Assembly (NCBI GenBank): GCA_000165425.1
Contig: CT867995.1
Location: 1 to 64,000 of the forward strand
Source: Paramecium tetraurelia
Lineage: Eukaryota
Length of the DNA: 64,000 nucleotides
Reading direction: 5' to 3'
The notes under the pieces are model-generated. The model ran no database searches, was not told where the DNA came from, and saw nothing but the letters and a program-made list of their open reading frames with translations. Both the position numbers and the translations under genes were made by a program. Positions within the stretch are counted from its first letter, which is position 1; every line of letters starts with the position of its first letter. Shown here piece by piece: positions 52,375-64,000 of this stretch.

Positions 52375-54929
52375 ATGTCGGACGAGGAACCAAAAGAAGA
52401 TGATCAAGACATTGGAGACAATCCTGATAAGGAAAATCCAGATAAACAACAAGACGACCAAGGTGACCAGGATAATTTTGAAGACGTAGATGATTACTAG
52501 GATGAGGACGATCCCAGGGATGATGAAGAGTAAAATATTTAAATTTATATTCACCTTTAGTTTAAAGAATAATGAGACATCAAATAATTTAAAACTTACT
52601 ATTGACGACTTAGACTTGGATGAGAATCAGAAATTACGAAAATGGAAGGACCTGCTGACTGATCATGTTCTATAGGTCTAAAAATTAAGAGGAAGAAATA
52701 ATAGGTTAAGAGGCGAGCTCAAAAAACTAGGAGACAAAGCAGAGAAATTGGTCTAATCTAATGTCAGAAAATAAAAACTATTGGAATAGAAATTGGATCC
52801 CAAACACTATAATCTTGCTGAGAAGAAGATTTTATATGAAATCAAGAATGGCAAATCCAAATAGGACTTTGCTAATAAGATTGATCCCAGAATTTGTAAC
52901 TCATTATAATATTTTAAGTGGATTTGCTGATAGCCATCGACAAAATGGAACAATCCAATAATCAGATGAGAGAATCAATCAAGGCATTGAAGGATAGAAA
53001 TAAAAATCTAGAATAAACAGAAGATGTTAATAAACTAAGTAATGAAATTGTACTTGTTGAAAAATAAATTGCAGATGAAGATAGATTGAGGAGGAAGATG
53101 TAAGTAATAATGAAAGAATAAGAATCAGAACTTAAATAACAATAATTTGATTGTGATTATGAGGGTAGATTAAATAGTCTCAAAGAATAAATTAAAACAT
53201 TAAGAGACAGTATCAAGGAGGGTTAAAAGGAAGAGTTGCATGAAACTAGAAAGGAATTCGAATTAAACAACCACTTTGCTGAACTTTAAAAAATGTAACC
53301 CCCTATTTATATTCTCATAGATATCGTCAAATGTGCAACTAATTAAATAAGCCTTGCGAAGAGAAGCAGCATTTTAAGTAAGACAAATAGAGGGATCAAG
53401 ATAATATGAATGAAAAATTGAAAAAAGTATAAGAATTTGCACAGAAAAGTCAAGAGGAGAATTAGAAAAGATTCCTATAAATCAAGGAAAATAAAAAAGA
53501 ACCAGAAGAAAAAGATGAACTTAAGAAGGCTTTGGAAGAATTTAAAAAAGATGAAAACAAATTTAAATAAATTTAAGAGGAGGTCAAGTAATTGCAAGAA
53601 GATCTTGAAAAAAAGGAACGAGAAGCGTAGAAAGAGAAGAACAGATAAGTTGAAGAGTATGCTAAATTAAGTGAGGATGTTGGATAGTTAGCCAAATAAT
53701 TAAAAGAAAAAGAAATCTAAACCAAATCATAAGTTCTAATATTAAATGATCTCCAAAGATAAGCACAATTATTGGAGAAAAAATAAATCGCTGAGCCAAT
53801 ATAAAGTACACAACAAAAGTCAGAATCCCTCATGCGTGGAATTACTGAATAAACATAGACTTGCTTACCTTTTGATGATTCCAAGAACTTAGATTGGACA
53901 TCATATATGCCTGTCAATTAGATAGTTGTGTGCAAGAACAGTATCAATAATCTAATTGTTGGTTTGGAACTGACTTATGGATCTGCAGAAAACGAAGAGG
54001 AGTAAAAGACTACAAAGAATATTGGATTATAAGAGGGAAACATTGAAAAAGTGGAGATCAAAATTACTCCTGAAGAAAAATTAAGCTACATTTCTGGGTT
54101 CCATAATAAAGAGCAAATTATCTTTTTGAAGTTTGAAACAACTAAGAAAAGAGTCATTCAGGTTGGAAACATGAAATATAAAGATAACTTCACTAAGGAT
54201 TTCAGAATTGAAATTAAAGATAAGGAAATTCAAGGATTTAGTGGAATATTGGACTTCACTAATGGTAATATATAGAGTATTAATTGATTAGAATCATCGA
54301 ATCCATCTGAAAGATACTTAGTTGCACTTGGAGTTAATCTCAAATAGAAAGAGGATATCTCAGCTAAAAAGAAATAGAAGAAATAGTAAATGGAAGAAGA
54401 AAAAGAAAAATAGAGAGTTCCGATTGATTATAGAAAAATAACCTATCCCTTTAGAAAGAATCAACCTAAACATCTTGAACTAGTCAAATCTTAACCCAAG
54501 TTAGAGGTTTCTATTTATGAAGAAGAGAAATGTATTTCGATTGTATATTCATTATAGCTAAATTATTCTAAAAGGAGAAGGAAAGATTCTTATAGGCACA
54601 AAGAGCATAATTGGGTTTTTTATCAGCAAAACAATTCAGTCCTGCTACTTATAAATAATAGGAGTATTTAACTGAAGATAAGCTGGTAATATTAATATCA
54701 TTATTAATAATAGAGAAAAGAGAAGAACAAGGAGAGAAAAAATTGGGTTGAGCAAAAGAGAGAGGAAAATAAAAATTCATTAACCCTGCCTCTGATTGAT
54801 CTGAAATCACCAGTAGAACAGGATAAAAAAGGAGCCAAAGGATAAAAAACAGCTAGTCCGTAGAAGCAATAGAAATAACCTTAGAAGGAGGCTCCAAAAA
54901 AAGATGATTCTAAAGCTAAAAAAAAATGA
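52375..54929 (+). CDS. Acidic N-terminus, long coiled coil and jacalin-like beta-prism domain
   Basis: Starts MSDEEPKEDDQ; heptad-rich middle; jacalin-like IVGLELTYG...IKITPEEKLSYISG...IIFLKFETTK...IQGFSG...LVALGV; several tiny introns. Confidence 0.75.
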
Positions 54930-56476
54930 ATAATTTACAAATTTCAACACCTATAGCTTAACATCGTTCTTCTATTCTCACCCTCGAGCCTGAATCCATA
55001 TATCAATCTCTAATAGAAGTTCATGTTATAGTATAGGATAGCATAAAACATATCATGAATTCTCTGAACAATGGTCTCAATGTAAGTGATGTATTGAGAA
55101 ATATGCCATCTTTTACATTTACAAAAACTATGGAATTGATTGAATCTATAGTGAAGGAAATTGAGTATGACAAAATCAAATCTGACTTGGGTGAGGAGGG
55201 TGAACCGGAAAGACCTACAAATGATTAATGGAGGAGATAAAATGCTCATTTAATGAAGGAATTCATAAGAAAACCTGATAACAAGATTGAGGAATTAGAA
55301 GAGGAATAGTTTGAAGAGAAGCCTCCTTCTTGGGAAGAGTTTTAGCCTGAAATTGTATAAACATAATAGGAGCCTGAGAGCGATTTATATGATGATCATT
55401 TGAGAAGTCAGTTATCGTATAGAGAGAAGATGAGAAAGGAATTCGAAGAAAATCAAGCTCAAATAGAGAAGGAAAAATAGGAAGAACGAAGAAAAATCAG
55501 AGTTTTAGTAGATGGTCAACCAGAAAAAGTAACTTATGATATTGATGGTAAAATAATACTTAAGGCTAAAAGAGTGCAATTGGCTCCTGTAAAAAAGATT
55601 GAAGGATAATAAGTTAAGGAATCGGCTCCCTCTCAAACAGAAGAATTGGCAGTTATCAAACCGAGAAGACCAGCATTACCTAAACCTAAATTAAAATTAT
55701 TTAAGGTATAACCATCAAACGAAAATGCAGAAGCCCTAAAGATTATAGCCTAATAAGAGAGAAATCATTTACAGGAATTTATGGATGTGTTAGAATTAAA
55801 ACCAGGGGTTTTTCTTGAAATTGACCATCATGAAAAAGGATAACGCAATAAACATACTCAAGCTTAAGATTTGCCTTATCGAGTCTAAAATAAAATGGAT
55901 CAATATTTAGCATCCGAATAATCATAGTCTATTCGTTTATCCAAAGAAGAATATTCAAGTATTACAATCAACAATAGCATTCTAAGAGGATCATATGAAT
56001 AATCTTATTTAAAGAAGAAGTCAGGCATTCGATAAAACACTACTCAGAAAACCAAGCAAAGTGATTACGAAGATACTATGCCAAAAAATGGGATTGTGAA
56101 AGTCAATGATATAGGCAAGTTCTATGATTTGTTGATCAAAGACTCAGAAATTATAGAGGAAAACACTCATACTGAATTTCCACCTATTTTAATGGATAAA
56201 TATGACAGTCTTAGCATATAGGAATTCAAGACTCCAATAAAATCAGAACTTCCATCTATCCCTGCTACCCAATTCTATAAATATCTATCAAAATAATAAC
56301 CCCCTAGTCTATCAAGGATTGACAACAATAGTGTTACTGGATCTGTGACTTCTAAATTAACTAGAGATAGATCCATGCCAGAAGTAATTAGCAATATGAA
56401 ATTGCATCAATGTTTAGCTGCTCCTAAAATTGGTAAGTATTTAGGATTTGGAATCAATCAAAAATATAAATTCTGA
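54926..56476 (+). CDS. Hypothetical protein (start either 54926, overlapping the upstream stop, or 55054)
   Basis: ~515-codon open frame; motifs EPERPTNDQWRR, VTYDIDGKII and LELKPGVFL; TGA 56474-56476. Confidence 0.75.
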
Positions 56477-56523
56477 ATATAAAATCTTTCAATTTATAAT
56501 TATAATTGATTATTATAGAATAG

Positions 56524-56983
56524 TCACCATTCCTCCTCAGGCTAATCCATTTTCTAAAAAAACATAGCTTATTGACGTATCTTTTGATTAAAATGTAAAT
56601 CCCTTTATATTTTCACATAGTTTTGGAAATGCTCCTGCTTTGACAAATATTTCACTTCCTTTTAATCTTCTACAGTAATTTTATATAAAATATATACTTT
56701 TTTAATAACTACTCTTCTTTATCTAATCGACCCTCTGCCTTACTTTCTTCTAATCCTCTTCCTTCAATCCGTGGATATTAACTACATCCAAATCTTGATT
56801 TCGATCTCCCTTTATTGAAGTCAAACAAGGTAAGTGATACCATACTTTTCTGTCAAACCCTAAACCAGGAGGTCTAGTTAATACATGGCCTATCCTGATG
56901 TCGTCTTTGATAATGTTCTGAAGACAATTCTAACATTTCACTCTATTAGAAAGAGCATACCCTACTTCAATGTACTATTTCAT
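56524..56983 (-). CDS. Stand-alone PARP-type zinc finger protein
   Basis: EVGYALSNRVKCQNCLQNIIKDDIRIG...WYHLPC...GLKEEDQKKVR, the C-x2-C...H-x2-C zf-PARP signature; one intron. Confidence 0.88.
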
Positions 56984-57970
56984 TATAAAAATCAAATGCG
57001 CAATTTCTAATTGAATCTTTTTAATTTGATAAAATCATTTGAATATTTACCCAATATATTCATTTTTGCTCATAGACTTTATAACTTCACTTCATAATAA
57101 TGATTCTAAAAAAGTGCAAATAAAATCCGTTTCATTTTATTTTACGTCATTAGTTTTGGTTGTTAGTGTTATATAAAATTGACCAGAAAAGTTCTATAAT
57201 TTAAACAACTTCTTGTAATAGCAAAAGAGTACTGAGAAGACTTATACTCCAACAAAAGCACTCAAAAATATATATAATAACTCAAAATTAAGCAGGTCAG
57301 GTCTTCATTTTTTACAAGACTCCGCAAGGATCCTATAGAAGCCTTGAGTCTCAAGAGTGGTCTCTATTTAATTTATGAGGAATGTCTACAAGAATATTGT
57401 CATCAAATCACAGATATCGGTTTATTGCAGTTGTTTAAAGAAGAAATCTGACTTGTTTATGTAAATATTTGAGTATAAAATTTAAATTGCTATGTTGGTT
57501 AAATTATTACTTTATTATAAAATAAAGTAGAGGTTAATGATTCTGAATTATTAAATTAAACTTATATTGCTTATTTTTTTAATTTCAAGACAATATAAAA
57601 TAAACCCAAGTTTTTCAGTTTAAATTTATAAAATTAATTGATTTTAGGAATGTAGAAGAAAGCTTATCGGGGAGCAAGATCAGCCTTTATTAATTCTGAA
57701 ATAAAATTAGGTTCAAATTCTTTTAATATATTTTATAATATTAAATTAGTAAATTTTGAGTTGATTCATGGCTTGGCTTAATGTTCGTCATTAATCTATA
57801 AGCTATAACTAAATGAGGCAACCCAATTCCAGTAGATTTTGAATTTTAGGTGCATTATAAAAAATTTTATCAGTAAAAATATTGAGTGCATCTTAATCAT
57901 GACGCACTAAGGGCTGATTTGCTCGAATTTGGATATTTATAAAGATTTTTAAATATTAATATTGAATTAG

Positions 57971-58427
57971 ATGAATATCATTGACGAGGCCGAATAAAAA
58001 CTTCAAAAGAGTGTTCAATAAAATAAATAAGCCCAAAAAAAAGAACTTAGGCCTCGTTCGAATATAGTCCCTGGGATATTCTAAGAATATAAAAGAACAT
58101 ACATAAAAGTGCCACCTGTTTCGAAGGATTAATTGTCTCGACTTGTACTCAAGGAAGGGTTTAAAATTAAAGAAGTATGATACTGCATAATCAATTAAAT
58201 AGGCCGCAAAGAAGCTCTAAATCAAGTATGCCACAGCTAAAACTATTATATTCCATCTACGGGAGGAAAAGAAACAAATTATCTAGGTAGGATCGAAGAT
58301 GTGCTCATACACTGAACTACAATCAGGTATGATTTCGAAGTTGAGAATTATTTCAACAGCCTCTAATGATATAATTTCAAATGTGGAGTATCAATTAGTC
58401 CCTGTAAATCAATTACTAATTCAATGA
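57971..58427 (+). CDS. Small helix-turn-helix (Psq/transposase-HTH-like) protein
   Basis: RTYIKVPPVSKDQLSRLVLKEGFKIKE/AAKKLQIKYATAKTIIFHLR, with a 28-nt intron. Confidence 0.75.
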
Positions 58428-59468
58428 AAAATCTATTTTCATTAGGAATCCTATGTTGAATAAATAATTTGATAATACAATTTAAAATTCAATTATAATT
58501 ATAAAACATTAAACTAACTTCATTATGTTTCATTAGCTTCCACTTTATCTTGTGTTGAACCCACAAATACTTCAAATATAACTAATCTCCATTAATTCTT
58601 ATTCAATTTTTTTCGAATCATTTTAATGTATTGAATTCAAAGAATATCAAACACTTTAATAATTATTGTAAAACTTAGGAAATATTCTAACTTCCCTATC
58701 TTTAATTGGGCTAGCCTCTTGACAAAATTAGTAACAGCACTATTAGTTTATCTTAACACTTTAATACTTTATACTGTAATTGACAAATAAGCAAAATCTT
58801 GGATGTTAAAAAAGATTATAAAAAAAAATCTTTTTTTTGTAATTCAGTATTTTTTATCATAGCTTTAGATTCATCAAAATACTACCAATTATTGTATTCT
58901 TATTAAGACAATTATCCAATAAAATACAAAAGACCATTTCTATTTCTAAATAATATTATGTGATCGTTAAATTATATCTAGAAAAGCCAAAAAATTATTT
59001 GTCTTGTTAAAATTTATTATGCTTTTCTTGCCCCTAAAAATATTACAAATTCGCTCCTTTTTAAATTTTCTATAATATTTTAAATATAATTTTGTTGTTC
59101 TTCTTGTAGTTGTTGACTGACAGGATATATCCTAAATTTAGATTCAATCTCATAAACTTAATTCTTCTTTTTTCAATATATTTACTTATATAACCACATA
59201 GAGATTATCAACACTATAAATTTCAATTTCAACGAGTCTGCTTTTTGTCATAAGCAGGTGTTGAGATGAATTAAAATAATTAAGATATATGTCTCATTAT
59301 TTTTGCTTAAACCCACTTTCTCAAATATTAAGGAGATGCATAGAAACTATTCTGACATATAGCGTCTTCCTGATTTATAAAAATTTCAAATTTAATATAG
59401 ATATTTATTACAATTAAAAATAATCTAATTAACAAACCAAAGGCTGTTGATTATTTATAATAAACTAT

Positions 59469-60106
59469 TCATTAATTTTTGGCATCCTCTCTTTGATTCA
59501 GCAATATTGTAACAAAATAAGTGAAGAAAATAATTGTTGAGATAAGAAAAGCCCAAAAATGAAATAGATTCTCACCTCCGATGCATTTCCCTGTCCAAGG
59601 ACAATGATGGTCATAATTTGTAATACAAACTCTACAAAATGGGCAATGATCAGATCGAGCAGGTTAGATTTTTTAACATTTTTCACAATACCATACATTT
59701 CTTTATTAGGGCCTATTCGACAAAGAGTACAACTATCCAAGATATTTCTAATTCAACTGTGAGTCATTTGCAATTCCTGGATTAGCCAATCCAACACCTA
59801 AGTAAAGTATTGATTATGCTAATGTTATAATTATCCCAAAAGTTATATCGTGACCCAAAGCTTTTTATTGTCTCATCATTATATAGGCAAAGACATTGAA
59901 TCCAATCAAAGTAGCAGCAAATAAAGGCCCTTTTATATAAAATCCAACATATTTTTACAATGAGGCCCTAAAAATATCGTTTTCGCTATGATCACATATT
60001 CCCCATATGAATTTCTATCACTTAATGGTCTTGGTCTGCACTCAGGGGACATATCCATTGACCCATAGTTTTCAGTACCTTCAGCCTTTATTATTATATG
60101 TTCCAT
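59469..60106 (-). CDS. Short DHHC palmitoyltransferase
   Basis: NPG, then CEKCQKIQPARSDHCPFCRVCITNYDHHCPWTGKCIGGENLFHF; one intron. Confidence 0.92.
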
Positions 60107-60182
60107 CTTATTTATGAGAATATTCAATAAATAATAATTCAAGTGATAATAAAATTAAATATAATTATTTTATAATTTTACA

Positions 60183-60875
60183 ATGCAAAAAATAATTTAG
60201 AATCCGATTTCTAAGTTTGAAAAACTTTAACCTGAAATTATCTATCTAATTAGTGAATTTTTAACATTTGATCAATATCTAGAATTGAGATTAATAAATC
60301 ATTTTATGAATCGGAGAATCTAATATATTTCAATTCTAAAGGTTTAGTAAATCAAATCAAAAATAGATTATTTTGAATTATAATTGGAAGAGTAGGTAAT
60401 AAGCAACGAAAATTATACATATTAAGAAGGGTTATGGTTTAGATTTTTATTTGAATTAGATAAACTAATTTACTAATTGGATCGAAATCAAATATTTGCA
60501 ATCAAACCAACTTTCAAGCCACTGCCTTTGATCGTATAATAGATATTTGAGTATGCAATCATATTAGGAAATTGTAAAAGTAAGGATCCACTTTAAGAAT
60601 TTACTTCATTTTTATAAACCTTGAATGCAATAAATATATCTAATCTCACATAGTCTCAATTATAAAGACTTACACCCATTTTATAAATATCAGTTGAATC
60701 TGCTCAAAACTATGGCCGTGTTTATGGAATCATTTGTGAGATCATTTAATTAATTATCAAAGCTCATAATAGTTGTTAGCTCAAAGTTTAATTCCATAAA
60801 ATAGGATAAGAAATAAAGAAAAATTAAAACAATCAAGTTCATTTAGATAAATTATTTGGTTTAAATAATAAATGA
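60183..60875 (+). CDS. F-box-like protein whose C-terminus resembles the dynein stalk microtubule-binding domain
   Basis: FEKLQPEIIYLISEFLTFDQYLELRLIN (F-box-like), then a coiled coil, then LDRNQIFAIKPTFKPLPLIVQQIFEYAIIL...FLQTLNAINISNLTQSQLQRL...SVESAQNYGRVYGIICEII. Confidence 0.7.
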
Positions 60876-61453
60876 ATTAACATTATTTTAAACTTCTAAA
60901 CTTAAATTAATATCTATTTTATTTAAAATATCTTAAAAAAGATAAAATTATTTATTACTGTTATTAATATCTTAAAATATTGTTTTTAAATTAAAAGTAT
61001 TAAGACAGAAGATCTATTATACATATTCATTTAATTATAATTATTTGAATTATATATTTTAATAGAAACATAAAAGTATTTCTTTATGTATTATAAAGGA
61101 ATAGGATTTAAAAAGAAATTTTTTCTCTAATATCCACTTATTGTTATTCATAAAGTTATCTATGTGAAAGAGAAATAAAAATATCTTTCTTTATTAAAAA
61201 AACTAATGATTAATTTCTCTGATACATTATATTTATTATTTTAGAAATTTAATCTAAATAGCTGAAGTTTGATGTTAAACAGATTTTTCTCGATTGAAAA
61301 CATTGGCTTAAGCATTAAACAAGAAGTATTGCTACCGTATAAATGTATGAATTTAGAAATCTTTAATTAAATTAATACAACTTAATTTATATAATTCTAT
61401 ATTTCAACTTCTTAATCTTTTTAAGGTATATATAATTTTAGAATTAATTCTTA

Positions 61454-61836
61454 ATGAAATCAATACTTTTGTTTTCATTTCTAGTTGCTGTTAGAAGCTA
61501 TTGCTGTAAGATTATTAATAACTTTTAGACATTATATAATATGGAACAGAGTATTATTGTGAAGAGTGTTGCTTTTGGTATGAAGGTGATTGGCATTGCG
61601 AGTCTTATTCATATTGTTATACTTTCTTGGGGATTATTATAGCTATTTGGTGTTTTATAATAGGAATTTATGCAGCTCTTTATTTTTATGCAAAAAATAA
61701 AACAGCTAAAAGATTAAGAGCTATCTTTCAATTATCTCAAAATAGTTTGAGAGATAATTCATAAAATTAGATTCCATAGAATCAAGAATAACCCACATAA
61801 ATTAGTTTGGTTGAGTTAAAGGAGTAAACTTTATGA
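61454..61836 (+). CDS. Small Cys-rich type-I membrane protein
   Basis: Signal peptide MKSILLFSFLVAVRS; 23-nt intron; YCEECCFWYEGDWHCESYSYC; TM FLGIIIAIWCFIIGIYAALYFY. Confidence 0.78.
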
Positions 61837-62729
61837 GTTTATAATCATGTTATTTTATTTCTATAAATTATGTTTTACTTAAAGAATTAGTAATTCTAAT
61901 TCAAAAGTTCACATCCTATAATATAAAAGTATAAAAAGAATTAATTTTACTAATATTAAGAATAAGAGAATTTTGGATTTATGTTCTCATTATTTTCAGA
62001 GTTAAGATTATATTATTTTAGTGGGATATTCATAATAATACTAATAATCAACAGAATAAAATGATTACAATAATCAATTAAAATAAATCTTAATCAGAAT
62101 ACTGTTACATTTCGGACATATTTATTTTGTTTAATCCTTTTTTAGATTCAATCAGATTGTAAAATAGTCTGATCAAAGCTATTTATTCTAATTATAGATT
62201 TGGTATTATCGACGATTTAAAATTTATTCTTACAAATAACGCACTCTTCGAAGACCATTGTTCAATGAATTTATTTCTTAAATAACAGCATTTTTTTTAA
62301 GACCATCTTACTTTTATTAAGTTTCCTTAAACAAATCATACAATTTATTCTTTCACCTTAAACTCCTATGAAATATTAATTGTTTTTTCTATAAATTTTA
62401 TTGTTTTAATATTTGCGAATTATTTTTTAGATATTTTTGTTTAGGAATAGGATAAGTTGCGGCAGAGTATTGATACTTATAATATCCGGTTCGTAATGAT
62501 ATCCATATTATACCTTTTTTGATATTAATTTAAAATTGTTTCTAAAAAACCAATTTCGCCTCAAGTGTATCCTGTATTAATACTGTAAATTCCATTGTCC
62601 CTAAAATATATATATAAATTAAATAAAATAATTTTCAATAGAGAAACGTTAAGTAGTTACATCAAAAATAAATAAATAAATAAGAAATTAATAATATATA
62701 AATATATGGAAATATGATATAATAAAATA

Positions 62730-64000
62730 TCATTAATGCTACAAAGTTTGCAATAAATAATCTTCAAATCTGTCTCCTTCAACATTTAGAATGTCAATGT
62801 ATTATTTTGTAGCTAACATATCATTTTCATCTTTATGGACAAAGAATAATAACTCCTTAATGTAAATTACACGATCAAAGTAATTAGTATCTAAAGATAA
62901 TCGATAATTATTATATACTTTCTTCTTCTGGAATCCTCTCGTATTCATCAAACCAAGCTGCAGTATTAACAAATGTATCCTTGTTTACCAAAGGCTAACC
63001 CAATTTGCTGAAATATTACTAGAGTTCATCTTCTTTTGGAGTAGGAGATGAAAGAAGAATTAAGTATGTACAAATTTATCTGACATTGACATAGCTATAT
63101 ATTGGATTTAAAAGAATACCCATTTTAATCAAGGATTTGTAATGCTTGCATCCATTGAGAGGGCGAATATTTCAAGACTCCATAGGAGGATCTAGCCAAA
63201 AGCAAGGCTAATTATTTGATATCGATTAGTAAGTGAGTGCTTGTGATGGCTCTTAAATCTTCAATGAGATAATAGAGCTGAGAGATGGAATATCTTTCTC
63301 TGGATAATGGTTCTCTTGCAGTCAAGGGGGGAGGAATGGGAGTTAAAAAGTTTAAGACTTCATGACTAACAATTACATCAACGAATTAGAGTTGAAGTTC
63401 CTTTTAGATCCTTTCAACTCTTTCGATGTACCCTCTAAATAAACCAGAAATAGCATCTAAGGCTTTAATTTCTGTTTAATGAGTATAGTAAATCCACTCA
63501 TCTATTTTAAGGTACAATTGATCACATGCTTATCTATATGTTCTAACTTATTGTGAGGCATATCTCTTGATAGCATCCACTCTATCTTTGAATATTTATT
63601 TCTCTAGAGTAATAGCACTGATAGCCTCTGGATTTTGAAGTTCCTTTTTAACAATTTCTTCTTCCTTTCCTTTCTTTCCTTTTTTTTCATCCTTTTTAGC
63701 AGGTTGTTTGCCTCCCTTTTTGGTTTTATCTTCAATGATTTCTTCTTCTCCAGCAAAAATTCTTAAAGAATCAGCAATCAGTTTATCTAATCTAACATTA
63801 GGATCATCTCCATCTTGCAATTATAATTCTCCAACACTAGGTTAAATATCTTATAATTCTATTGCCTCTAATGTTCCATAGTAGTCATTGAGTAATTAAA
63901 TAGAATTTTACGCTCTATCTAATTCAATTGCTAATAATTGTCTCACTTATAATAAAAAGAGATCAATTTCGTTTTCTATGAATTAAGAGTTCTATATTTG
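62730..64000 (-). CDS. 3' part of a large axonemal-type protein, SPEF2/CPC1-like (runs off the window)
   Basis: KKGGKQPAKKDEKKGKKG linker; LYLKIDEWI...IERVERIQKELQL...PIPPPLTAREP...YSISQLYYL pattern recalled from SPEF2 C-terminal regions; TGA at 62730. Confidence 0.6.

Noticed and set aside
57060..57960. Possible gene upstream of the HTH gene
   Set aside because: Fragmented frames with no supportable model.
58500..59400. Possible minus-strand continuation of the DHHC gene or a relic gene
   Set aside because: No TM4/TTxE motif or clean frame found by eye.
62090..62600. Short minus-strand ORF
   Set aside because: Interrupted by TGA, low complexity, no motif.
1..64000. Most entries of the supplied six-frame ORF track as genes
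   Set aside because: They were computed with TAA/TAG as stops. They are exon fragments or antisense shadows of ciliate-code genes.
1..64000. Telomeric repeats, retained IESs, CRISPR arrays, tRNA/rRNA genes, intact transposons
   Set aside because: No C4A2/C3A3 arrays, no regularly spaced repeats, no GC-rich structured RNA-like blocks and no DDE/RT ORFs were seen. Interruptions in intact genes are explained by GT..AG introns rather than TA-bounded insertions. Small ncRNAs cannot be excluded by eye.

Overview
This is AT-rich, gene-dense eukaryotic DNA that reads as a ciliate macronuclear chromosome, almost certainly Paramecium. TAA and TAG encode Gln, TGA is the only stop, GT..AG introns are about 20-35 nt, and intergenic spacers are often under 100 nt. 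The supplied ORF track used the standard code, so most of its entries are fragments or antisense shadows. Re-reading by hand with the ciliate code gives about 36 gene models. Recognisable ones are a Rab, a Rho/Rac, a NIMA kinase, a cyclin, a V-ATPase a subunit, SEC11, CFAP77, a START protein, an acyltransferase-3/NRF-6-like protein, a Nudix hydrolase, a Naa38-like Sm protein, a phosducin-like TXNDC9, MePCE/Bin3, a DHHC enzyme, a zf-PARP protein, two Myb factors and a partial SPEF2-like gene. There is one clear WD40-family pseudogene and one 95-N assembly gap. The most interesting items are: a ~2270-aa protein resembling an uncharacterised giant family I recall from Planctomycetes/myxobacteria; a TM-sensor-TM-HAMP receptor with no output domain; an F-box protein with a dynein microtubule-binding-domain-like C-terminus; and an ATGA stop/start overlap at an A9 run. 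No RNA genes, CRISPR arrays, telomere arrays or intact transposons were seen. All family calls come from motif recognition by eye; no database search was run.
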